From Schizochytrium sp. TIO01 (lineage: Eukaryota; Protista; Bigyra: Labyrinthulomycetes), in the NCBI GenBank assembly GCA_004764695.1, contig SMSO01000014.1:3467648-3531647 (forward strand): DNA of 64,000 nt, read 5' to 3'. Shown here piece by piece: positions 41,855 through 51,881 of this stretch (the stretch's first letter is position 1; every line of letters starts with the position of its first letter). The position numbers and the translations under genes are program-made. The notes below the pieces were generated by a model. The model saw nothing but the letters and a program-made list of their open reading frames with translations, ran no database searches and had not been told where the DNA came from.

Positions 41855-43747
41855 ATGACTGTGAGTCCTGTTGTAGTGCTGGCTATCGTGGTGACCGTGG
41901 TGCTTGTGTTTTTGTATGTGGTGATTCGTGTTTTTGAGCCCTCCTTACTTAGTGGTAGGGACGCAGACGGGAGACCGAGAATACGAAAATGGGCAATCAA
42001 AACGCGTGAGAGACGCCAGAGGCCTCGTCAATCAAGAACCTCTCAAAAACGAGATTCTGAGAAGCGGACATCAAAACGCCGTTCCGTACAAAGCAATGGA
42101 GATCTGCGATCAAGCCTAGTTCATTTAGTTGACGCAGACAATAATGAAGATAGGCGAGTATCACTTCCTAAGCGAGGTTCAACAAGCTCGTTTGACCATG
42201 AGTTTTCAGAGAACGAGCATGACACGTTTATTGAAAAGACGGGCTATGGCAGTGGGGACGCTAATTCCACAGATGAGGAAGAACTAAAAGAAAAACCTAA
42301 GAAATCACAACCTGCTGTACTGGGTAATCTTTTGGGTGCCTTCAACTCGCGCCAGACTTCGAATCGTTCTCGCCGTAGTCGACGAGAGGCCTCTAGCACG
42401 TCTGACGAAACATCAACATGGCAAGGCATGCTCTCCTCAGCTAGCCGGGGTGTCACTGGAGCAATCCGTGATGTTGGGGCCCTCGTAGTGGCACCTGTTG
42501 CTATTACAGGCGCTGCAACAATAAATGGTGCTCAAAATATCCGTGAAAAGTTTTCCAGTTCGCATAACATTAAAGATGAAGAGGACGAGATTGATGTGTA
42601 TTCAGATGATGAGAAAGCTCGAATGTCTCACAGAAGATCTAGATATTTTTCTCCTCAAGAGGGGCAACGGTTTGCAGAGGCTGCGATATCAAAGCATGAG
42701 CTTTTAGTAGCCACTCTTAAACCACACGAGGAATTAACCACAGCTGTTGCATTTTCCCCATCTGGACAGTACATTGCGACTGCCGGAGGCGAGCACGAAA
42801 GCGAAGTACGCTTGACTCTTCGCTCAACGATGGGCCAGGACTCTGAGCTTATGCGCACTCTGTCCATTAATCTACCAGTCGAGGATTGGGTTGGGGCGTT
42901 AAGCTTTTCAAAAGACGGATTCTTTTTGTTGGTTGGAACTGGTATGCTTGGTCAAGTTTTCGTTTATCGGATTTATCGTCGTTTTTCCACCAAGCCAAGT
43001 CTTGAATGTTCATTTGAGACGCAGCACTTTGGACCGATTCGACATTTGTACATGACCACAGCACCCGGTACTGAAAACTACTTTATTGTTACAGCGGCGT
43101 CAGGGTCCGATACAACTCTTAAATTCTGGGGTTTTTCTAAAAAGCCAAAGTTAATCTATAAATACGAGCTAGGCGATCGTTTTGCAGAAATTGACCAGGT
43201 TCGATTTTCGGCAAGTGGAAAGTTACTAGCCGTTGTCGGGCGTGAAGATTACAGTGAGGAATGTATCGGAGGAGTCTTGTTTTTCATGGTTCGGTTTGGG
43301 AACCTTGGCCGTCTTCGCAAAGTTTGGACTGTTCACCGAATCGAAGAAGCTAAGGTACCTGTTGATGAGCTTGAAGGGGTAACAGATATTGCGTTTGGTC
43401 AACGATCCTCGATCATTGCTGTTTTACAGGGACCTTCATGGAAACTGCTGAAAGTTCGTGATGGTCGTCTCGCTCGTCTGACCTCATACGAGAACCCAAA
43501 TCCTGATGCTCTTCCGTTCTCAGCAATTGCGCTTTCTGAGCAAGGTCAAATGATTGTTACTGGACGAGGTGGCGATTTATACTATTTCAGGCTTCACAAT
43601 GATGACTCTGAGCCCCCCAAGCTACTAGAAGTCATTTCTGGTGCTCAAAACTCTCAGATTCGACGAATTTTTGTGGCTCCATCAGAAGACCAAATTGCAT
43701 CCCTTGGTGCAAATTCTGAAAGTTCACGCGTCTGGATACTGCGTTAG
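41855..43747 (+). CDS. N-terminally membrane-anchored WD40 protein, TBL2-like
   Basis: ATG 41855, signal anchor VVVLAIVVTVVLVFLYVVI, long S/R-rich linker. WD40 repeats begin HELLVATLKPHEELTTAVAFSPSGQYIAT, similar to the first TBL2 blade; also DTTLKFW and SRVW. Confidence 0.8.
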   Translation: MTVSPVVVLAIVVTVVLVFLYVVIRVFEPSLLSGRDADGRPRIRKWAIKTRERRQRPRQSRTSQKRDSEKRTSKRRSVQSNGDLRSSLVHLVDADNNEDRRVSLPKRGSTSSFDHEFSENEHDTFIEKTGYGSGDANSTDEEELKEKPKKSQPAVLGNLLGAFNSRQTSNRSRRSRREASSTSDETSTWQGMLSSASRGVTGAIRDVGALVVAPVAITGAATINGAQNIREKFSSSHNIKDEEDEIDVYSDDEKARMSHRRSRYFSPQEGQRFAEAAISKHELLVATLKPHEELTTAVAFSPSGQYIATAGGEHESEVRLTLRSTMGQDSELMRTLSINLPVEDWVGALSFSKDGFFLLVGTGMLGQVFVYRIYRRFSTKPSLECSFETQHFGPIRHLYMTTAPGTENYFIVTAASGSDTTLKFWGFSKKPKLIYKYELGDRFAEIDQVRFSASGKLLAVVGREDYSEECIGGVLFFMVRFGNLGRLRKVWTVHRIEEAKVPVDELEGVTDIAFGQRSSIIAVLQGPSWKLLKVRDGRLARLTSYENPNPDALPFSAIALSEQGQMIVTGRGGDLYYFRLHNDDSEPPKLLEVISGAQNSQIRRIFVAPSEDQIASLGANSESSRVWILR

Positions 43748-44064
43748 GACCTCGATCATTCACGACTCAAATGTAGCGGCACTTCCTTCGCCTGTTCTGT
43801 GTTTATCTTCTAAAATTTCACTGGTTGGCAGAAAAATCTCATTTGTCACAGTGGAGTTCTTTAATATTTACTAACTTTTAAAATGGGCCCCACCTATTCT
43901 CTCAAGTCGTCATTTTCATTGTTACAGGGCTTCTATGTGTTTCGAAAACTGGAGAATGATGTTGTTGAGTTTAAACGTTTTTCATTCTTTTCTTTTTTCT
44001 TTTTCTTTTCTTAAATACTTTGAAATCCTTTTGAGTCTTTAGTCTAGACCACGCAACAGCTTCC

Positions 44065-44121
44065 GATGAATGGCTAGTGCCTCGAGACAACGCAATATAT
44101 TTTGATGAATGGCTAGTGCCT
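44065..44121 (+). repeat. 18-bp perfect direct repeat GATGAATGGCTAGTGCCT x2 (21-nt spacer)
   Basis: Copies at 44065-44082 and 44104-44121. Confidence 0.9.
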
Positions 44122-47100
44122 AGGCAAATAATTGCACTTTCTAGATTGCCACCTTGAAGCCAGCCAATATTGATGGCACGCAGAAAAGGATGCCTGAAGC
44201 CAGGCGAACCAAGGATTTATCCTCTTGTTCACACTCTCTCTGGGTGCGTTTTTCTTCATGGTGGCTGTACTCGACATTCGGCTTCAAGGTACTAGTACTT
44301 TTTGCAATTTCGAGTGGTTTCGGCTTTCTCCAAACCGCAGCAAGGAATCGCAATACAATGTTAGCGTCAGAATTGACAAGTTCAGAAGCCCCCGGAGTAG
44401 TCATTATAGTATAGCTTCCAAACGTGCGCGTGAGAGGCGCTCTTGTAACATGCCAATCTCTCGAGTTGCTTTCGTGGTAGCATTGACATCAGCTCTTCTC
44501 AATCTACAGTTCTCTGATGAGATAGATGTCCTAGTTAGAATAGCACAAGGCCAGAGATAGCGCTTTAAAGTATTCATTCGTACTGATAACCTTACGATGG
44601 CTGTCAAAGTGAGAGGAGGTTATCATCAATGACTCCTATATCGATGTTTGTGGACCTCATTCAAGTTGGATGGCAAACTTCCATCCTTTCCCAGATCATG
44701 TGGTCACTTTTCACACCCCGCACACACCCTCTCCCAATCTCAAGTTCCCAAAGACTAGCCATTTAAATTAAAAGCAGCGCTTATTCCACGGACTCAAGCT
44801 AACGCGGAGTATGAACTTTGCTTGATTCATTCTGCATTCCCGTTCGTGTGTTTGCTTTCGAACTGTTGCTGATTTAGCTGTATGACTTGACCTTGATGTC
44901 GATTTTGTTCTAGCAGTTGCTACTCTACTCTAGTTCTACTGCCACTACCACTTGAGAGTCTAATTGATTAATTTTTATTAAAAAGTAAACAATTATAAAA
45001 AGATTATAAATACAAGAGAAAGCAAGGTAAAGATTCTATTGCGACGACTACGTATCCGCCTAATACTACTTACTACCAGTAATTTTCGGAAACCGAAGAA
45101 ACAGTAGTCTACTAGAGGTTTCGAAACTCTGCTCTCGTTTCTGTCTGTACACTCTCTTCGATCGTTTCGATCCATTCTCTTGATAAGCTGCGAATAGCTC
45201 AGGTTTTGAGTCAATCCATCTCATGAAAAGAGGCTCACGCCATCTTTTGCCTCCAGAGCTTGCACCGTGACGGGCGGACACTTCAATATTAGTAAGGTTA
45301 ATCGATTTACAGGCCAAGTCATGGCGCTTGAAGTGTCATTCCAAAATGTACACCGTAGGCGGTGCTCCAAGGCATTATTCAAGCCACTGTCCACGTCATC
45401 AACTCTACATAGAAGTTGGTATCTCGCAGCGGACGCCCTTATCAGCTTGACCTCTGGTTAGTCTATGTCTGAAACACCTATATACTCTAAGATAAAACAA
45501 GAGCTAGATTGGCATCTTTTAAAGTTCGTAGTAAACCTGATTGATGCATGTGAATTCCTTCTAAATCTGTCTCGATTTTGAAGGTGCGGCCTTGGCGAAA
45601 GTTTCAGGCATCGTGATCATGCAAACTAACAATTAAATTACGTAGGTATTGTATTATTACTCCGACGTGTGCGCTTTGCAGCGGGATCATGTCCTCCAAA
45701 TCCGACTTGCAAAGTGGCTCTGAAGCCTTAGCCTTTAGATTCTGCGGAGAACATTTCATCCTATGTACCTTGTTTTTCTCCCCAATCAATCAACCAATCG
45801 CTCGTCATTTCATCACCATTTTCTACATTCAGAGGATATACTTGGCGTATCTATCACGTGCCGCGCTCGATTTCGAATAGGTGCTCCTGAGATTGAAAAT
45901 AAATTAAATAGAACAACAACCAAAAACTAAAATCAAGTCGAGAGACAGAAATGATTTCTCTATCGGGAGCAGGTGCTGGTGACGTCTGTCCTGAACTGCC
46001 AGATCAATCGACCAGCGGTGTATACGCGACGCACGGATCACTGGCATTATGCCCCAATCATGGGAAGAAGCCCTGATTGGATGATTTTTGTTTGGCTCAG
46101 CAACATTTTTTATAAATATATATTTTTTTAAAAATAATTAATTGAAAAGTATTTTTACTCCACAAAAAAAAAAAAGGAACACAGTGGAGTCAAAACAAAA
46201 GGCTAATCAGGCTGTTATGCTCAAGCTACAAGTGATAAGCCTCGATAGCAAGTGCGAGAGACTAGAGATATCCCTAAGAAGTAGGTGCGCTCGTGGTCGT
46301 GCCAAAATCGCGAAGGACATGACGGAATGGGAATTTTTTTGAATATTTTTTTGTTAATACAAGGAAAGGAGGAAATGATTAGAACTTATACATCACCCAT
46401 GATTGGAGCTGACATCGGATAAGTTTAATGGGATCATTGCAAGCTTGCCACATTGTAACAACTATTGTGAGTGCATTGGCTCGTAGCGATCGTAATTGAG
46501 ATATTAAAATTTAGTGTTGTATCTTCTGGCAGCTTTTCTTTAAAATACTTGGATAGTGTAGCAGAAGTCTTTCCGACGAAGCGGGAAACTCATGACAAAT
46601 TTGAAGTAGTTGTAGGCACTTCAGATTCGGCACTATGCGCAAGTTTTGTAGGTCTTTGCCTGCAATTTTGTGGTGGAATGCAATTGCTGGTTGTGCATGT
46701 TAAAACTCCATGGAATACGAATTAAAAATAGTTCCAAAACTACTTACTTTTTAATCTTCCAACTTAATTTTCACTTTATTTTAAAGTCATCCATCCCATG
46801 AAAGCAATATGAAGTAACAGGAACTTCTGCTTTTTGAACAAGCTTCAAATCAATCAGGATATAAATCAAAGCTACTCTCAATAACCATCCTAAGCTCCTT
46901 CCACCTTTGAATCCCACCCATTGTGGCGGCCGCGTACTAAAAGATTCCTTGCAATGCAAGATCTTCTGAGTACCCTAGTGCCTACCTACCTACCTTCCTA
47001 AACTCATTTCATATCAGCACCTACTGTTTACAGTAGTATGGGCAAATACTGACTCGAACATTTTTTGGAGGACTTCTAGGCATTGAAGCTGGTATCTGAT

Positions 47101-47717
47101 GCTTTGGCATAAAAACTATATATTGTTCTTGAACATCTAAGGCTACTATAGGCAGTAATAGTGGGAAGCAAGGAAGACGGAGAACAAATTTGGAGAAATG
47201 GATGGTCTCTTTTTATTTTGCTCATAAGTATTTCAATTCACTATTATTCATTATTATTATTTATTATTTACGATAGTAATAATAATAAACATAAAAGGGA
47301 AAAGAAAACGGAAAAGCTGGGCTCAATTGAGCACGTGCGGCACGCGCTGCGACTCGATGAACTGCCTTTGGGCTCATTGGCATATCCTTCAAGATAGAAG
47401 GGGAGCATTATCGTCCTCGATCTGGGGTCTTTGGAAGATCATGATGTCCTTGGTTTGCGTCGGTGACTGCCGCCAGTCGGTGGTACCTCACGCACTTCAA
47501 GTCACCTTTTTTTTTAAAACTTTACATATAGTACCCTAAGTATCTCCATTAGAAATCAAGAAGAGAAAGTGTTTGAATCGAGCCCAGAAAAGCGGAAAGG
47601 CTGCAAGGCTGACTAGGACTCAGGTATAGCGAGGCTATGGTTTCCAGTTGTTAGCTTTGATCTTTTATTGATGCTTTTCGTTGCCACCGTGATTTCTTCT
47701 GTAAGATGACTATGTAG

Positions 47718-47782
47718 GTAAGTAGTGGTTAGTACAATATAATATCAATTACCAAAACTTCCTGTTTCTTTTTTTGCTACAG
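47718..47782 (+). other. Probable 65-nt 5'UTR intron of the gelsolin-like gene
   Basis: TAG|GTAAGT donor and a strong pyrimidine tract (CTTCCTGTTTCTTTTTTTGCTACAG), 240 nt upstream of the ATG on the same strand. Confidence 0.5.
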
Positions 47783-48022
47783 TGATTCTTATTGGAGGGT
47801 ATTGTCAACGAAAACGGAGCCAGGTACCCATCAGCAAACTTTCCCATTCATAATCCTAAAGCAGATCCCTATCACCATTTCGTTCCTCCGAGAGGTGATT
47901 GTTTGGCTGAGGTAACATTTGCTGTGCTATACACGAGCATTTCTGGGGCTAGGAGCAGCGCTCAGGACAGTAGCAGAGGACTTGGATCAGATTTAAGGTA
48001 GAATTGACTAGTCCACGGAGAG

Positions 48023-49351
48023 ATGACTTGGCTTACCGATGGCAACATCAACGTTCGAGGCGGACTACCCATTGAAGGAGCATCGTCCAACAGAAGAACC
48101 TCATGGAGCTGGTTTAGAAGAAACTTGACTGCCCCACGCCAAGCTCGTCTCTCTGAATCTAACATCGCAGGGATTGGCAGTAAGAAGCACCGCTCTCTTG
48201 CCAAAAAGGCTGCTGCAACTGATCGTAACATCAAGAATGCTGGCCAGAAAGTGGGCCTTGAAATTTGGCGCGTCAACAACAAGCGTACGGCTGGAGGAGC
48301 ACCAGATTTCGGAATTGAGAAAGTCAACCAGAACGATTACGGTGTCTTCTACACGGGAGATTCTTACATTGTTCTGAACACATACAAAGCACGTGATGAG
48401 ACAACAGGTCAGCTTGGCGATAAACTTTGCTATGATTTGTTTTTCTGGCTGGGTGAAGAGTCCACAGATGATGAACGCGGTGTTGCTGCCAAAAAAACTG
48501 TTGAAATAGATGAAATTCTTGATGGCAATGCAGTTCAGCATCGTGAAACTCAGTACCGGGAGAGCAAATTATTCCACAGCCTGTTTAAAGAAATGCAATA
48601 CCAGAAAGGAGGTTATGCAAGTGGATTTTTACATGTGGAAGCACAAACATACGAGCCCCGTCTGTTTATGATCCGCTCCTCAAAAAACTCCACTCGCGCT
48701 TTCGAAATCGAATGCCTTGCCAACAAGATGAACCATGGAGATGCATTCGTTCTGGACATTGGCCCTAAAGTTTATCGTTGGACTGGGGTTGGCGCAAACC
48801 CATTTGAGTTGAGTAAATCCGGCATGCTTCAATCCAACATTGTGAATTCACGGAATGGCCGTTCCAGGAAGGCGCCAATCGACAGCGACTTTTGGGCAAT
48901 CCTTCGTGGATCTGAAGCAGATGTTTTGCCTGAAGATCAACCTTACATTCCTCGTAGTGTGTCTCTCGCTACAAATAATGTTGAGGACCCTGGCCGTGCT
49001 CCAGTTCCTGATCCTACACACCGGTGGTCCGGTGAAACCTTCCTGGGGACCAGGGTTTACAAAATTTCGGACAGTCTCAATAACGGTGTTAAATTCGTGA
49101 AAGTTGCTGAAGGTCCGCACCTGGGTTACTCTATTCTTGATTCTGACGATGTCTTCCTTTTACACCACTCCATTGGGATTTGGCTATGGTTTGGCAATAG
49201 AGCAAGTAAAGCAGAAAAAAGTCACGCATTTTCCATTGCTGACTCTTACATCAAGGAGAGATCGCTAAGCAAGGGCATGCCCATTACAGCTCTGACTGAA
49301 TCCCAAGCGAGCTTAAATCCCCTGTTTCACCACCTTCTACCAGGTGCATAA
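48023..49351 (+). CDS. Severin/fragmin-type three-domain gelsolin-family actin-severing protein
   Basis: SNIAGIGS...KKAAAT, GLEIWRV, YGVFYTGDSYIVLNTY, FFWLGEESTDDERGVAAKKTVEIDEILDGNAVQHRE, PRLF, NHGDAFVLD and LDSDDVFLL..IWLWFG...SKAEK. Confidence 0.92.
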   Translation: MTWLTDGNINVRGGLPIEGASSNRRTSWSWFRRNLTAPRQARLSESNIAGIGSKKHRSLAKKAAATDRNIKNAGQKVGLEIWRVNNKRTAGGAPDFGIEKVNQNDYGVFYTGDSYIVLNTYKARDETTGQLGDKLCYDLFFWLGEESTDDERGVAAKKTVEIDEILDGNAVQHRETQYRESKLFHSLFKEMQYQKGGYASGFLHVEAQTYEPRLFMIRSSKNSTRAFEIECLANKMNHGDAFVLDIGPKVYRWTGVGANPFELSKSGMLQSNIVNSRNGRSRKAPIDSDFWAILRGSEADVLPEDQPYIPRSVSLATNNVEDPGRAPVPDPTHRWSGETFLGTRVYKISDSLNNGVKFVKVAEGPHLGYSILDSDDVFLLHHSIGIWLWFGNRASKAEKSHAFSIADSYIKERSLSKGMPITALTESQASLNPLFHHLLPGA

Positions 49352-51881
49352 AACCTTTTTCTACCTTCAGATGACTTGTGAGACTTGAATTTGTGCAATG
49401 GCCACGTCCTAGCGAGATTACCATTACTGCAATACTTCTCTTTCTATGAAGTAGTTCTTTTACTTTTTTCGCCTATGCAAGACGCATAACAGGTCCATTC
49501 AAATGGCACAGTTGTAAGAGCACGATTTCGTACTCATTTTAATAGGTCTCGCACATCATCGCAATTTACTTCCCTCCCAACCTTTTTTTGTTTGATCTCA
49601 AGTATTGATTTTTATGTTTTGTTTTGTCTTTTTGTCTTCTCCTTTTTGCGAATATATGTGAATCTTCCAAATCATCATCCTACTAGAACCACTCCTTAAA
49701 TTTAGCTGCGTGACCAGACAATATAAAGAGTAAAGATGCACATGGAAACGATGTAGCTCCCGAACACAAAAAGGGAGAATGAATAAAGAAACTTAGTTTA
49801 TCAAATGAATCCAGTTTCTTAAGATCAACCTTACATAGATGTGGAATTTAATCATCTAGCTTGCGTTTTTGCATAATTTAGAAACAGAGCACTTGAAACT
49901 ACGACAACATACGCAATAATGCAAGACCTCTGCAATCTCTAATGTATAAAGCCTCAAACATGCCTTTTCGAAGAAAAGATCGCAAAGGTGCACACTTGGC
50001 TCACCATTTTGTAGAACCACAACGACCGTGGTTTCGAAAAGTGAATCAGGGGATCGTCAAAGAGCAACTCATCACCAGTACCAACAAAGACATTGAACGG
50101 CTTCTCCATTTTTTTATTTTTTTTTATTATTTTTTTCTATAACAAAGATTCGAGGAAGGAAAGGCTCATTTTTTGTCTTTTCGATCTCATAACGTTCTAT
50201 GCATGCGTACCTCACCACCTGAAATTGAAAGGTGCTTACAAGTCGTAGAGATCATTTCTGAATTTTGGCGAAATATATTAGACTTTAGAAAAGCAGTTCA
50301 GAAAGACTACATCTGTGATGCTGTGGCATACGTCACGTGGTTTACACAAAACTTGCTAAGGAAGTTTTTAATTTAAAAGAAAAGGAAAAAGGATATATTC
50401 ATCCACAGGGAACATTCAAAGAACCTTGGAAAGACTAGGGGCTCTCAATGATTCGACATTTTCCCCACTTCTTCTATGTAAATTCAATGTACCACCACAT
50501 GATATGGAGGTCAAAGTTTGCAGTTCTCTAACTTTCACACTCGACATCCTCGTTAAGTTCTACGACATTTACCGCAACAGCATTTTGACCCTCACGATAA
50601 TCATATACATGGGTAGAATCAAAAGGCACAAATACAGCTCCAGTTATATCACTGATCAAGAGAGGCAATCCAATTGGGTCGATTTAATAGATAGGGGGGG
50701 ATGGTACATCTTCATAATACAAGACTCATCCGCTTCTCAATATAAGCCATGTGACATCTGAAACACACTATCTTATGATTTCCACCCCAAAGAGCACTTG
50801 TAGTACGTAATAAAATGAGGTAATGGTGGGTTAGACTTTGAAGTCGTTTCATTATACTCACTACAATTTTCTCTATTGACAGCGTGAGTATGCAAGAGAT
50901 TATGACTAAACTCGTGGGCCAGCACACACATGGGATGAAGATTTTAATCTGCCGCACTTGCCGCAATATTCTGCAGTCGAGAACCAACAACATAGGCAAC
51001 CCCAGTATACCTCAACATACCCCAAATTACAATAAGAGGTAAATACAGCAAGCGAATGATATGTGGACTCGTTGACGCTATCTTTAGAGGAGTAAAAACT
51101 TTCTAATAAATGAGCATGCTATGGAAGCAACTTTCGCTCCAATCTAAATACCAATTATCACATTCATTATGGGCAAAGGATTTCAAAATGTATGTAGTCT
51201 CATTAGCGGATAAACGAACATCGAAAATGTTAACGGAACTTGAATAATAAAACGTTCTTAAATCGCAATACCATCATTTGAAGCCCGTATTTAGTAAAAC
51301 ACGATAACGTTACCTCCGCCTAACCGGATCTAATATTTGGCGTCAGTTCCAAACGAATCCTAGTTTCTACTATACAAACTCAAAGCATTTATCCTTGTTT
51401 TGTATGCCTTTAAAATTAAATTTAGATGATCAGGAAGAAAATAGTTGCTAAGTATGATTTGGGCAATAGAAACGCACGTAGTTCATGTTTAAACACAGAA
51501 TAAGGTTGTATCAGTAACAAATCTAGAGTTATAAAGAAATATGAAAGAAGCAATAAAATAACCCAGCGCGATCTGGATTCTTGGATTATATCCTCCAAAT
51601 TTTCCTCGGGCTTGGTGAATAATGCTAAGAATGATTTGTGAAGTTCCAATACAATTGACGCCAGAACTAAAAACACTATTACCAAGATTTAATGAAATCA
51701 TCAAAACACCCTAGACCGATTACAAGGTCGATCGAAAAAATACAATGATTCTGTGGAAAATAACGACCAGTTCCAGTTGCTTAAACGGCACTTTGGAAGC
51801 TAAATTAGAGTATGCTAAAGCTTTCCAACGCCAGTGATACAGCATAGAAGACTCGGACGCTGAAGATTTTTCACATAGAAA

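Noticed and set aside
44065-44121. CRISPR-like repeat-spacer-repeat
   Set aside because: Only two 18-bp copies, no cas genes, and a eukaryotic context.
50173-51704. AT-rich short ORFs between the gelsolin and regulator genes
   Set aside because: Mostly non-ATG starts, composition-driven hydrophobicity, and no recognisable viral or transposon motifs.
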